Shown here: one piece after another, positions 29,820 to 39,650 of the stretch
Position numbering within the stretch: the stretch's first letter is position 1
How the letters are laid out: every line of letters begins with the position of its first letter
IMG/VR virus record: IMGVR_UViG_3300040801_001530
Location: 356 to 64,355 of that record
DNA: 64,000 nt
Direction: 5' to 3' (one strand)
From: a virus
The notes under the pieces: model-generated
The model's input: the letters and a program-made list of their open reading frames with translations, nothing else
Database searches by the model: none
Told to the model about the DNA's origin: nothing
Program-made: the position numbers and the translations under genes

Positions 29820-30329
29820 ATGGGCTTACATCGCTACAACCCTAAACGTGATAAGAATGAGCTAGAGATAATAGCGGCGTTAGAGAAGGTGGGCGCTAGC
29901 GTTAGGCGTGTATCTGGCGAAGACTTGCCCGATTTGTGGGTGGGCTATAACGGGCGTGATTATCATATAGAGGTAAAAACGCGGCGCGGGCGTCTAACGA
30001 ATGGGCAAGCGGAACTAATCCGCACGTGGCGGGGCGGGCAAATCAAAGTTGCATGGTCTATTGAGGATGCTTTACGGATCCTGGGCTTTACATGTCGTAA
30101 GGCACACTCTATAGAGCACGCGCAAGCCGAGGCCGTGATGATAGATAAGGTTAATGCTAAGCGTGCACTAATGCGGGGTGCTGGTGTCCTAGCTGCTACA
30201 GGGCATGACGAGGAAGCGAACCGGGCGCTTAATCCTATGTATTTAGTGCTGTATCTAGACGTGTTGCCTATGCCTACAATTGTCTCAAGTGAACACGAAT
30301 TAAATGAGGTATTGAATGGATTACGATAA
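29820..30329 (+). CDS. VRR-NUC/Holliday-junction-resolvase-like PD-(D/E)xK nuclease
   Basis: KRDKNE...LPDLWVG...IEVKT...LTNGQ. Confidence 0.75.
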   Translation: MGLHRYNPKRDKNELEIIAALEKVGASVRRVSGEDLPDLWVGYNGRDYHIEVKTRRGRLTNGQAELIRTWRGGQIKVAWSIEDALRILGFTCRKAHSIEHAQAEAVMIDKVNAKRALMRGAGVLAATGHDEEANRALNPMYLVLYLDVLPMPTIVSSEHELNEVLNGLR

Positions 30330-31176
30330 AAGTCTAGTCGATTTTGTGCGGGAGCGTGGGCTTGCCACCGTATTTTTAAATACGCCGGGGGAATGGGTAA
30401 GTGTGGGGCGCTTTGCACGCCAGATGTCCGACGCTACCCCCTGGCTAGTTGGCGATCTGGTAGTATATGCACAAGACCATTTAGCGCTCGATACAGTTAC
30501 AGGCGTGGTAGTATCCGCTAATGACGCTAGCGATTACGTGCAAGCAGGCGGGGATAAGGCGTGCTACAGGCTATTAGACTATGCTGATATTTTAGAGTTG
30601 TGGGCCGCCAACTTCCACCACCTCTACACCGAGCAGACCTTACGCCTATATGCACGTGTTTGCCGAGCGTGGCCCTTAGCGCGCCGTGTGTATGACTTGC
30701 CATTTGGCCATTATGAGCGGGTTACACGCCAGCATATCGCACAAGACACACGCGACATATTGTTAGCACGTATTAACGCCGAGCGTTATGGTATCGACAA
30801 CAACACCATTAGCACATACCTTAACAGCGAAGGCGGGGCTACAGCATTAACCAATATTGTTAACACGCAACGCAACGCGGGGGTAGCTGCTATGCAACAT
30901 GTGCCACGGTCGGAGCTTGACCGTCGCATTAAAGCGCTAGAGACTAGTGGCGACGTAGAGCAAATGGCTAAGAGTGCGGTTAGTCAATATCCGGTTAAGG
31001 ATATGTCTTACCATCTTAGCCACGCGGGCGATTTAGCCGCTATGCAGGACGGTATTATGCGGGCGTTACGGGATGTTGTGACGGTTGATAGTGCCGACGG
31101 TAGCCTGCGAGGAAGTGGAGATAACGGTAAGCGGCAGCTATACGCTGTTGTAAAGGTTTATGTAATCGATGGCTAG
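30316..31176 (+). CDS. Hypothetical protein
   Basis: Coupled ORF, 286 aa. Confidence 0.5.
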   Translation: MDYDKSLVDFVRERGLATVFLNTPGEWVSVGRFARQMSDATPWLVGDLVVYAQDHLALDTVTGVVVSANDASDYVQAGGDKACYRLLDYADILELWAANFHHLYTEQTLRLYARVCRAWPLARRVYDLPFGHYERVTRQHIAQDTRDILLARINAERYGIDNNTISTYLNSEGGATALTNIVNTQRNAGVAAMQHVPRSELDRRIKALETSGDVEQMAKSAVSQYPVKDMSYHLSHAGDLAAMQDGIMRALRDVVTVDSADGSLRGSGDNGKRQLYAVVKVYVIDG

Positions 31177-31828
31177 CTGGACACGTGAAGAGCGAGCACT
31201 AGCATTGGCAATTGTCGAGCGCGAAGGCGGCGAGGTGACTCGCCGCGCTCTTGATATGGTAGAGGCTGCGGTGGGTAAAAGGCCGGGCCGCCGCTCGATA
31301 TTCAGGTGGCGTAATGATATAGCAACGGCAACAGAAGCCCCACCATTAGAGCCGATACCCCGCGCTATACCAACAGATACACCCCCCGTGCCAACAGACC
31401 GTGCCATAGTGCCAACCGTGCCATCCCCCGTGCCAACACAAAATGACACACCCACTAAAATAGCCCCCCCATCCCCACCCCCTAAGCCTCGCGTGACACG
31501 TCAAGAAGTGCAAGCTGCCCACACTGACATTGCATATATGTTTGAGCTAGCCGCTACAAAAATGTTAGAGCGTCTGCTAGACGAAGATGCCGATCTTATT
31601 GGTAAGACCAACAACGTTTGGACGCTGGTTAAGTCTGCCGCTACTGCGCTAGATAAGTCGCGTCTAGTGCACGGTATGCCGACGCAAATTATGGGGGTGA
31701 TTACAGTAGTAGAGCAAATCTATAATACAGCTAATGTGCACGGTATAGATCCTGTAATAATCTTTGAGAATGTCTTAGAGGAGCTAAATGCAATCCCCGC
31801 AACAGCAACTAGCCCAGACGATAGCTAA
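31169..31828 (+). CDS. Putative terminase small subunit
   Basis: N-terminal HTH-like segment, Pro-rich linker, directly upstream of TerL. Confidence 0.55.
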   Translation: MASWTREERALALAIVEREGGEVTRRALDMVEAAVGKRPGRRSIFRWRNDIATATEAPPLEPIPRAIPTDTPPVPTDRAIVPTVPSPVPTQNDTPTKIAPPSPPPKPRVTRQEVQAAHTDIAYMFELAATKMLERLLDEDADLIGKTNNVWTLVKSAATALDKSRLVHGMPTQIMGVITVVEQIYNTANVHGIDPVIIFENVLEELNAIPATATSPDDS

Positions 31829-33233
31829 GAATGCTGTGGGTAAAGCAAGCGCCGCCCCCCGCCAGCTAGGATTCACACAATTTAAGCGCCAAATATACCC
31901 TAACTATCAACACTACCCCCACATGCAATTGATAGATGCTAAGTTAACCGACGTGGCAAAGCACCTATTAACACGCGGGGCGGATGGTATCGACCGGCTT
32001 ATAATCTCTATGCCGCCCCGGCATGGCAAGACGCTAACGGTATCTAGGCTATTCCCCGCATGGCTTATTGGTCAAGCGGTGGCTAGAGGGGTAGAGAGTG
32101 CGCGATTGATACTTACCAGCTACGGCGCAACGTTAGCGGATGACAATAGTCGATTTGTGCGTAACGTCATACGGGATGATAGATACACCGCGCTTTATCC
32201 TAAAGTAATATTAAGCGGTGATAAGACATCGGCTTCGCGTTGGGATATAAAGGACGCTAACGCGGGGTGTGTTGCGGCTGGTGTCGGGGGTGGGCTAACG
32301 GGGCATGGGGGCAACCTTATCCTGATAGACGACCCGATTAAGGACAGGGCCGAGGCCGAGTCGCAAACAATACGCCAGCGCCTAATAGATTGGTATAACG
32401 ACGTATTGCTAACACGTTTGCAGCCGGGTGGGGCTATTATATTAATAATGACCCGTTGGCATACTGCCGACTTAGCCGGGTACCTGTTAGATGATAATAC
32501 TGACAATTGGCATTATTTACGCCTACCAGCTTACGCCGAAGACAACGACCCGCTAGACCGCACACCGGGGCAAACACTAGAGGGCATATTTACACCGGAG
32601 GAGTTTGCTAGGCGTAAGGCGCAAATGGGTAGCTATGGGTTTGCGGCGCTTTACCAACAAGACCCGATGCAAAGTCAGGGCCGATTATTCGACACGGTTA
32701 TGATAGAGACTAAGGATACAGATCCACCAGCCTCTGCGATGGTGCGGTTTTGGGATCTGGCTATTACCGCTAAGGCGCGTGCATCCTATACCGTGGGGCT
32801 TAAGATGGGTTATGTTAATGACGGTAGGTATCATATCTACCATATATGGAGGGATCAGCGGGAATATCCAGACGTTAAGCGGGCTATTAAACAAATGGCT
32901 AGTGTAGATGGCAAAGGAACACACATCGTTATAGAGGCGGAGAAGGCCGGTCAAGCCGCATTACAAGAGTTATTGCGCGATAGAGACTTAGCCGGATATT
33001 CGATACAAATTAGGGTACCAAAAGGTGATAAATACAGCCGTGCGGGGCCGGTCGCCGAGCGTGTTAACGCGGGATTGATTAGCATAAGCGCGGGGCCGCA
33101 CGTGCGGGCGTTTTTAGATGAGCTATCTGTCTATAGTGGTGGGGCGGCGGTTAACGATCAGGTGGACGCGCTAAGTGGTGCCTATACTGAATTAGACGCG
33201 GGTAAGTGGCCTTCCAAGTGGTTTTTTAGATGA
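31788..33233 (+). CDS. terL: Terminase large subunit
   Basis: ISMPPRHGKT Walker A, LILIDDPIKD Walker B, C-terminal RNase H-like FWDLA...NDQVDALS. Confidence 0.92.
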   Translation: MQSPQQQLAQTIAKNAVGKASAAPRQLGFTQFKRQIYPNYQHYPHMQLIDAKLTDVAKHLLTRGADGIDRLIISMPPRHGKTLTVSRLFPAWLIGQAVARGVESARLILTSYGATLADDNSRFVRNVIRDDRYTALYPKVILSGDKTSASRWDIKDANAGCVAAGVGGGLTGHGGNLILIDDPIKDRAEAESQTIRQRLIDWYNDVLLTRLQPGGAIILIMTRWHTADLAGYLLDDNTDNWHYLRLPAYAEDNDPLDRTPGQTLEGIFTPEEFARRKAQMGSYGFAALYQQDPMQSQGRLFDTVMIETKDTDPPASAMVRFWDLAITAKARASYTVGLKMGYVNDGRYHIYHIWRDQREYPDVKRAIKQMASVDGKGTHIVIEAEKAGQAALQELLRDRDLAGYSIQIRVPKGDKYSRAGPVAERVNAGLISISAGPHVRAFLDELSVYSGGAAVNDQVDALSGAYTELDAGKWPSKWFFR

Positions 33234-33261
33234 TTAAAATTAATATTATTGAGGGGTAGAG

Positions 33262-36200
33262 ATGAGCAACAAACGGACGTTAAGAGCGTATGAGCTGCGC
33301 CAACAAGGCTATTCGCAAGCGGCTATAGCGCAACAGTTAGGGGTATCGCAAGCGACGATTAGCCGTGATTTACGCGGGGTAAAGGCCGCTATAGCGGATG
33401 GGCAAGCCACGGGGCCGCCGATAAGCACACAACCCCGCACGATTTGGCCAGACGAACGGCGGCAACGCCAGCTAGGCACCTATATAGGGCCTCTGCGGCG
33501 GGGTGATATTAAGGCGCTTAGTATTCCCGGTATCGAGAAGGGTTACGATTATGTCTCCTTCCACGCAATGGGGGACTATGACAAGCTGCTAGGCTTTGCA
33601 AATGACACCACGTTAGCGCGTGCCTATAACCTATCTATTTGGGCTTACCGTTGCATAGAGGTTTTTGCTAGCTCATTGGCGGGGGTCGATAGGGTAGCGC
33701 ACAAAGCCGATGGGGAACTGTACGAGTTAGATCACTGGCTTAGTCAGTTGGTGGGTATTGCGGCTAATAATACCTTCGCACGGTGGGCGGCAGATCGGCG
33801 TGTATTCGGTACCGCTTACGGGATGCTAGAGCAACAGCCCCACGGCGGCTACCAGCTAGTACGCATTAATCCACAGCTTATTACGCCACTACCGGCGGAG
33901 CGCGGGCAAGGCATAGCCGCCTTTAGTTGGCGGGTTAACGGTGTTGAGGTGGCACGGCTTACCCCGCAAGACTTGCTTTATATGCCGATGTTCAACCCTG
34001 AAGACGACTTCTCTAACCGCGCCCGTTTTGGTGGCATAGCATCCCCATTAGCGCGTGCATTAAGCGCGGTCGAAGCCGACGAGGTACAATGGGCTTATGT
34101 ATTATCGTTCTTTGTTAATGACGCTATGCCCGCGTTTGTGCTAGAGACGGAGCAGCCTGTCATGGCAAGAGAACAAATAGCCGAGTTGCAGTTGGGTTTT
34201 GAGCGTGATTTTAAGGGGATAGAGAATAAGCACAAGCCCTTCGTAGCACATAGTGGGCTAGGCATTAAAGAATTAGGTAGCCCTATGAAGGATCTGATAA
34301 TCCCTGAGTTGCAAGAAGTCACGGTGCGGCGTATTGCGGCGGCTATCGGGGTGCCGTTAACGCTGGCGATGGGCACCGACGCGGCCAACTTCGCCACAAT
34401 GAAGGAGCAGCATACTACATTTTATACCGTTAGTGTGTTGCCAGAACTTAATGCGATACTATCCGACTTGAATAGCCAACTATTACCGCGCCTGCGTGTA
34501 GAGCGTGGGGCACGGGTTGAGGCAGACCGGGGCAGCATTGAGGTATTACAAGAAGATAGGGTCGAGATTACTAGCCGCACCACCGCCGAGTGGCAAGCTG
34601 GGCTGCTTACCTTAGCCGAGGCGCGGGCACGGCTGGGCCTACAACCGCTAGACCGTGATTATATGATGGTCGCAGGCCAGTGGGTAGAGGTATCAGCTAT
34701 TGAGGCGGGGCAATTACCGGAGCCACCGATGCCAGGCGGCGGCGGTTTTGCGGGATTACTTAGTGACATCCCCGACGATGATAGCGCTAGGCTAGATATA
34801 AAAGAGGATGCACGCGGCGCTAGCGTGCTGTTGCGGATAGCCAACCGTGCCGATCTGATTAGCCTCCAGCGTAAGCTAAAGGGACAAGCGGGCGGGGCAG
34901 GCCGTTGGGTAGAGCCAAACGATTTACACATTACATTAGCCATCGCGCCCGATGTTAGCGACAGTCAGTTAGAGCAATTGCGGGCCTGTATCGAGACGTT
35001 AGACTATGAGCCGCTAGCGCTAGCGCTAGGCAGTCTACGCACTTTTGACACACTAGGCGAGTATGCGCTACACTTTAGAATCCGTACAAACCCTGCACTA
35101 ACCGACTTGCAAGCGCAGGTATATAACCTCTTTGAACGCTGTGGTATCGAGACGGTAAGCCACAGCCAACCGGCGCAATACATCCCGCATATTACATTAG
35201 GCTATCTACCAGACAAGCAACGCACATTGCGCTATGATAACCGCCTAACGATTGAGACGGGGCCGCTAGTACTATCGGTTGAAGAAGGTGATGGGTACCG
35301 GGACGTTATCAGCATTAAAGCCGCCTACCACGCGGCTAGGCGCGATTTAGTAAACTGGCATAAGAAGGTGCGCAACCGGGGCGTTAAAGCCGCTTTTAAG
35401 AGTGATGCTATACCCCCCGGTATATTTGCCCATATCCGTATGGAGTTGGCTACATTAGCCCCAGGCGACGATGCTAAGCCCATTTTTGCACATTGGTTGG
35501 ACGCGCTTAAAGCACAGCCCGATGATTTACCCGAAGACATCCCCACCTATCAAGAATTTAGCCGTTATTGGGCTGGTGTGGATGATAGCTTTGATGACAT
35601 AGCCAAAGCCTTCGCTAGTTATCTAGATGAGCAACGCGAGCGGATCCTAGCCCAATTACGGGCGGGTAAAAAACCTGATAAGTTTTTTGGCGATGCTAGC
35701 GAATTAATCGCCATGCTAGCCGGGACGGTAGAGGAGCCGGGGCCTTTGGCTAACGTGTTGCTAGCAGGGTATGCCAGGGGTAACGATATACTAGAGGGTC
35801 GTATAGCCCCCACGCGGCGTATAAAGGCCGAAGACGACGATAACCCCGCGTGGGACGTGGTAATGCCGGAGGCGGTCGATTGGGCACTAGAGTATGCCGC
35901 TAGTCTGGTGTCGGGTGTCAATGACCGCACGCAGCGTGCTATACAGGATACGCTAGCCGGATGGGTCGAGGTGGGAGGTAGCTTTAGCGATCTGGCGTTA
36001 GCGCTAGAGGATAATCTGCTGCAGTTGGATATGCCGCCGGGATGGTCGGGGGCGCGGGCGCGATGGGCTACCAGCCCGCAGCGGGCGGCGCTTATCGCCC
36101 AAACTGAGAGCACCAACATATTTGCCGAGGGGTCTAGGCAACGGTGGAAGGCGGCGGACGTTAAGCAGGTCAAGTGGCGAACGGCTAGAGATGAGCTAGT

Positions 36201-36351
36201 CTGCCCGCTTTGCCGCGCCCTACACAATCAGACCGGGGACATTGACAAGGGGATATACTACAACGGGCCGCATAAGGTGGGCAACCGTACCTATTACACC
36301 CCCGCTGCACATCCTAACTGCCGCTGCTTTTTAGCGCCGGTCGCTAATTAG
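33262..36351 (+). CDS. Portal protein fused to an N-terminal HTH, a 2H phosphoesterase domain and a MuF (SPP1 gp7-like) domain
   Basis: HK97-type portal motifs (FFVNDAMPAFVL, IAAAIGVP); two HxT motifs LHITL (34927) and PHITL (35188); C-terminal WRTARDELVCPLC...AHPNCRC. Confidence 0.8.
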   Translation: MSNKRTLRAYELRQQGYSQAAIAQQLGVSQATISRDLRGVKAAIADGQATGPPISTQPRTIWPDERRQRQLGTYIGPLRRGDIKALSIPGIEKGYDYVSFHAMGDYDKLLGFANDTTLARAYNLSIWAYRCIEVFASSLAGVDRVAHKADGELYELDHWLSQLVGIAANNTFARWAADRRVFGTAYGMLEQQPHGGYQLVRINPQLITPLPAERGQGIAAFSWRVNGVEVARLTPQDLLYMPMFNPEDDFSNRARFGGIASPLARALSAVEADEVQWAYVLSFFVNDAMPAFVLETEQPVMAREQIAELQLGFERDFKGIENKHKPFVAHSGLGIKELGSPMKDLIIPELQEVTVRRIAAAIGVPLTLAMGTDAANFATMKEQHTTFYTVSVLPELNAILSDLNSQLLPRLRVERGARVEADRGSIEVLQEDRVEITSRTTAEWQAGLLTLAEARARLGLQPLDRDYMMVAGQWVEVSAIEAGQLPEPPMPGGGGFAGLLSDIPDDDSARLDIKEDARGASVLLRIANRADLISLQRKLKGQAGGAGRWVEPNDLHITLAIAPDVSDSQLEQLRACIETLDYEPLALALGSLRTFDTLGEYALHFRIRTNPALTDLQAQVYNLFERCGIETVSHSQPAQYIPHITLGYLPDKQRTLRYDNRLTIETGPLVLSVEEGDGYRDVISIKAAYHAARRDLVNWHKKVRNRGVKAAFKSDAIPPGIFAHIRMELATLAPGDDAKPIFAHWLDALKAQPDDLPEDIPTYQEFSRYWAGVDDSFDDIAKAFASYLDEQRERILAQLRAGKKPDKFFGDASELIAMLAGTVEEPGPLANVLLAGYARGNDILEGRIAPTRRIKAEDDDNPAWDVVMPEAVDWALEYAASLVSGVNDRTQRAIQDTLAGWVEVGGSFSDLALALEDNLLQLDMPPGWSGARARWATSPQRAALIAQTESTNIFAEGSRQRWKAADVKQVKWRTARDELVCPLCRALHNQTGDIDKGIYYNGPHKVGNRTYYTPAAHPNCRCFLAPVAN

Positions 36352-36451
36352 GTGGCGGAGTAATAGTAATTCTTAATTATAAACATGTGTGGGCGCTATA
36401 AGGCTAACGATATTAGACACTAACATATAAAACAGCGCCAGCTAGGCAAAC

Positions 36452-36478
36452 AAAAACCCCGCTCAATCGGGCGGGGTT
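36452..36478 (-). terminator. Intrinsic terminator
   Basis: CCCCGC/GCGGGG stem, T tract on the minus strand. Confidence 0.7.
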
Positions 36479-36506
36479 GTCTGGGTTATTCTGTTGTGGG
36501 GGGGGG

Positions 36507-36818
36507 CTAGCAAATGCCAAACAGGGCTTCGAAGTCGGTGTCGTTGTAAGCGCTTGCGATTGTATGCTGCGCTTCTTCGGTTAATTCGGCGGTATGTTTA
36601 GTTGCCTCTCCACGCACAAATATTGCATCTGGGAAGTGTAGCTTTACACGCTCGCAAGCCTCTAAGAACGACCATTTGTGATAGTGCCCAAAACTTGCGG
36701 CATAAATTGGCTTTGTCGGCCTAAAATTTGTGTACCCAATAACCTGTGGGTTCCAACCGCGTTTTGGTTCCTGCCTGCTTGCCCACGTAAGCCTAAAATC
36801 CCTGTTATGATTACTCAT
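36507..36818 (-). CDS. Hypothetical cassette-borne protein
   Basis: Cassette B promoter/RBS upstream. Confidence 0.65.
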   Translation of the reverse strand: MSNHNRDFRLTWASRQEPKRGWNPQVIGYTNFRPTKPIYAASFGHYHKWSFLEACERVKLHFPDAIFVRGEATKHTAELTEEAQHTIASAYNDTDFEALFGIC

Positions 36819-36923
36819 CTTAGTTCTCCTTGTTGGTTATCGGGGGGCTTGTCGCCTCCCTTGACTATGATACTAGTATACCGTGTTTTGGGGTAAAATA
36901 CACCCCCTAGTTTTTAGGGGGTG
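36811..36923 (-). repeat. Promoter/leader cassette B, inverted copy of 22201-22313
   Basis: 109/113 identity by hand alignment. Confidence 0.9.
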
Positions 36924-36932
36924 TGTGTTGTG

Positions 36933-37265
36933 CTATTCGGGGATAATCTCAACCTCTAGCGTGATGTCTGGATTGATAAGCGCGCCGTGTTGCGCCAAAT
37001 TGGCTAAGACTTCGGGCAATTCCTTAACTTTTGTCGAATAGTGGCCGGATACTGTCGAGAATTGCCCACCCTTGCGCACCCACGCTTGATACAATTTGGG
37101 GCTGCGATCTTTTTTAAAGAACATCCGCCCTAGATTGTGGCTGTCTTCTTGCCACACAACCGCTACAACTGTATAGCTATCTTGGTAGCGTTCACCTACT
37201 TTGTACTCAAATGCGTATGGTACATTGCCCGTGTATCGCGTGGCTTTAAAGGTTGGGTTACTCAT
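36933..37265 (-). CDS. Hypothetical cassette-borne protein
   Basis: ATG 37265 after RBS AAGGAG of cassette A. Confidence 0.6.
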   Translation of the reverse strand: MSNPTFKATRYTGNVPYAFEYKVGERYQDSYTVVAVVWQEDSHNLGRMFFKKDRSPKLYQAWVRKGGQFSTVSGHYSTKVKELPEVLANLAQHGALINPDITLEVEIIPE

Positions 37266-37266
37266 G

Positions 37267-37382
37267 TCTTGCGCTCCTTGTTGGATTGTTCCTTGCTTGA
37301 CTATGATACTAGTATAGCGCAAAAAAGCCCCGCAGGCAAGCCTGCGGGGCGATAAAATAAAACTCTAATCTAGTGTTCTAAT
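37267..37382 (-). repeat. Promoter/leader cassette A, inverted copy of ~21908-22021
   Basis: Shared AGATTAGAGTTTTATTTTATCGCCCCGC hairpin, TATACT and identical leader. Confidence 0.8.
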
Positions 37383-37836
37383 TTTGTACTACAGCTAAAT
37401 AGCGCTTGTAGTCCTCCTCCCCACCCTCAACATGCACACTAATAAGGTTCTCATCCCAAAACTTCTGCCACGCCTCTCGGTGTTTGCGGTTGTTGTAGAG
37501 GTTAAGCGCACGAGTCAAGTGTGCTTTGCGGTCGCTCATGCCATCAACCGGGATAGGCTGCGGGTATTTACCAATGCACAAAAGTTTAATAAACCCTTTG
37601 GCATATTGGTAAGCCTGTTGCCAGGCCGCGTCGGTGGCAAACTCTCCGACCGCGCTAAATTCTTGCACGGTATCGTGCATAATACCCCAACCGCCGTTAG
37701 GCTTGGCACGCCACAGCGCAACGCTGCTGCGATATTCCACCGCACCGGCGCTATTAGTTACCCAATAGATAGCGATGCTAAGGCGGTGGTGGATATTTAG
37801 GGCAAAGGTTTGAATGGTGTGATCGTGCCAAAACAT
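37378..37836 (-). CDS. Hypothetical cassette-borne protein
   Basis: Cassette motif at 37862-37871; RBS AAGGAG. Confidence 0.6.
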   Translation of the reverse strand: MFWHDHTIQTFALNIHHRLSIAIYWVTNSAGAVEYRSSVALWRAKPNGGWGIMHDTVQEFSAVGEFATDAAWQQAYQYAKGFIKLLCIGKYPQPIPVDGMSDRKAHLTRALNLYNNRKHREAWQKFWDENLISVHVEGGEEDYKRYLAVVQN

Positions 37837-37969
37837 GGGGCTAACTCCTTGTTGATTGTTCCTTGACTATGGCTAAAGCATATCACGCGGGGTTAGCTAG
37901 TGTCAAGAACTATTTGTCTAGCTTCCAATTCTCTAATCTAGCGTTCTATATGCGTTCTATGGCTAGCGT

Positions 37970-37998
37970 TTGACACATCACGCCAAAACGGTTACACT
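37970..37998 (+). promoter_or_regulatory. Sigma70 promoter
   Basis: TTGACA-17 nt-TACACT. Confidence 0.75.
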
Positions 37999-38032
37999 AG
38001 ACCTATAACATAAACAATAGAGGGATTACAAA

Positions 38033-38890
38033 ATGTCTAATTTACCGTTGCCTATGCCGGAGAATCCTGTTTATCGTGTTGTGTCATTCGGCGGCGGCGT
38101 GCAATCACACACAATAATGGCGCTAGATGTACTAGAAGGGCGTCCTAGCCCCTATGCCGCCTATGTTATGGCTGATGTGGGGCACGATAGTGAACACCCC
38201 GACACGGTTGAATATATTGAGCGATATACAAAACCATTTGCGGCTAAGCATGGCATTAACCTTGTATTTGCTCAAAAAACAACACGGGGGATCGGCCCGG
38301 AGACGTTGCTAAGTTTTGCGTACCGCACCGAGCGTAGCATTCCGTTGCCTATGTATCTTATGCCAAACGGCGCGCCGGGTAACCGCACTTGCACAACCGA
38401 CTTTAAGGTAAAAGTGGTGGATAAGTGGATCAAAACCACGTTAGGTAATGTGCAAGCTATTGTGGCGTTGGGCTTTACTGTAGATGAGTTGCGGCGGGCG
38501 CGTGTAATCCGATGGGATAACAAATACGGTAAGCGCAATTTAGGATTTTGGAAGCGCTTTGAATATCCGCTAATCGACCGGCGGCTATCCCGCTCGCATT
38601 GCGCTACAGTTTTGGCTAAGGTGGGGTTACCATTGCCACCCCGATCGGCCTGTTGGTTTTGCCCCTTCCAAAAAAGAGAACAATGGCAAGCGTTGCGGGA
38701 TACACACCCCGATTTGTGGCAGGCCGCTATTAAGTTAGAGCGGGCTATGAATGATAAGCGGCGGATGCTAGGACGGGATGATATGTATTTACACCGAGAT
38801 TTAAAGCCACTCGATGCAATCCCGCCTTTGCAAGCTACTCTATTTGATGACGAAGACATCGGGTGTAATGATAGCTCATGCTTTACATAG
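38033..38890 (+). CDS. PAPS reductase (CysH)/adenine-nucleotide alpha-hydrolase family protein
   Basis: VSFGGGVQS PP-loop, CTTDFKV, PPRSACWFCPF Cys cluster. Confidence 0.75.
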   Translation: MSNLPLPMPENPVYRVVSFGGGVQSHTIMALDVLEGRPSPYAAYVMADVGHDSEHPDTVEYIERYTKPFAAKHGINLVFAQKTTRGIGPETLLSFAYRTERSIPLPMYLMPNGAPGNRTCTTDFKVKVVDKWIKTTLGNVQAIVALGFTVDELRRARVIRWDNKYGKRNLGFWKRFEYPLIDRRLSRSHCATVLAKVGLPLPPRSACWFCPFQKREQWQALRDTHPDLWQAAIKLERAMNDKRRMLGRDDMYLHRDLKPLDAIPPLQATLFDDEDIGCNDSSCFT

Positions 38891-38893
38891 GCA

Positions 38894-38975
38894 CCCTAAA
38901 AATTAGGGGGCACAAAGCCCCCTAAACGTGCTATACTAGTATCATAGTCAAGCAAGGAATAATCTAACAAGGAGC
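38894..38975 (+). repeat. Promoter/leader cassette C (inverted copy ~56904-56983)
   Basis: Near-identical CCCTAAAAATTAGGGGGCACAAAGCCCCCTAAACGTGCTATACTAGTATCATAGTCAAGCAAGGAATAATCTAAC. Confidence 0.85.
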
Positions 38976-38980
38976 CTTTA

Positions 38981-39220
38981 ATGTACCGCTTTACAGTAAC
39001 AAAACGCATGACAGCCAGCACCGAGTCGCCTATGCTTTGGGCGCGCCGGGGCAATACGTCCCAAAAACGCGAAGCGGCTAAGTTCATTGCCCACGCGACA
39101 GGGCAAAGCGCGGCACACTGGCACCGGTTGCTTGTAACACGCGGGGAGACGCGCATTGTAGACGGGCCGATTACGGTTTATGTCTGGTATGATGATAAGC
39201 CCGACTCCTATTATGCCTAA
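38981..39220 (+). CDS. Hypothetical cassette-borne protein
   Basis: Cassette C promoter and RBS AAGGAG. Confidence 0.6.
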   Translation: MYRFTVTKRMTASTESPMLWARRGNTSQKREAAKFIAHATGQSAAHWHRLLVTRGETRIVDGPITVYVWYDDKPDSYYA

Positions 39221-39243
39221 GCCAAGCGAGGCCGCCTAACACA

Positions 39244-39275
39244 AAAGCCCCACGGCGTAACAACCGTGGGGCTTT
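39244..39275. terminator. Bidirectional intrinsic terminator
   Basis: 12-bp stem AAAGCCCCACGG/CCGTGGGGCTTT between convergent transcripts. Confidence 0.65.
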
Positions 39276-39363
39276 GTCTTACTATCATCGCGCTCTAAAT
39301 ACAGCGCACACATTTTATCAATTGCCCCTTACACGCTGGTAAGCATGGGGGCTAAAATGTATG

Positions 39364-39436
39364 TTGGCCTGACTGGACTCGAACCAGCAACCTACACTTT
39401 ATGAGAGTGCTGCGCTAACCATTGCGCCACAGGCCA
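39364..39436 (-). tRNA. tRNA with CAT anticodon (Ile2-lysidine or Met)
   Basis: Full cloverleaf: TGGCCTG/CAGGCCA acceptor, GCACT-CTCATAA-AGTGT arm, TTCGAGT T-loop; C4-G69 and C5-G68 favour Ile2. Confidence 0.88.
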
Positions 39437-39437
39437 G

Positions 39438-39519
39438 TTGCCCCGATAGGAGTCGAACCTACACGGCTAATGCCAGCCGCTTCTAAAACGGCTGCGTCTA
39501 CCAGTTCCGCCACGGGGCA
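39438..39519 (-). tRNA. tRNA-Leu(TAG)
   Basis: Class II cloverleaf, GCCGT-TTTAGAA-GCGGC arm, long variable arm, TTCGACT T-loop, A73. Confidence 0.92.
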
Positions 39520-39561
39520 ATGAGGCGATAACTAAGTTTGTCCGCTTTAGTCTATCGCCAG

Positions 39562-39645
39562 TAGGCTTAGTGGGAGTCGAACCCACACGGGAATTACCCC
39601 AACGGTTTTTAAGACCGTCGTGTCTACCAATTCCACCATAAGCCC
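39562..39645 (-). tRNA. tRNA-Leu(TAA)
   Basis: Class II cloverleaf, ACGGT-CTTAAAA-ACCGT arm, TTCGACT T-loop, A73. Confidence 0.92.
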
Positions 39646-39650
39646 ATAAG

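Noticed and set aside
38033-38890. Dnd/Ssp phosphorothioation system
   Set aside because: Only a lone CysH-like gene; no cysteine desulfurase or DndD/DndE-like partners
39244-39275. Hairpin sharing CCCCACGGCGT with the CRISPR repeat, as a possible IS200/605 right end
   Set aside because: Only 11 nt are shared; its position between convergent transcripts and flanking A/T tracts is fully explained by a bidirectional terminator
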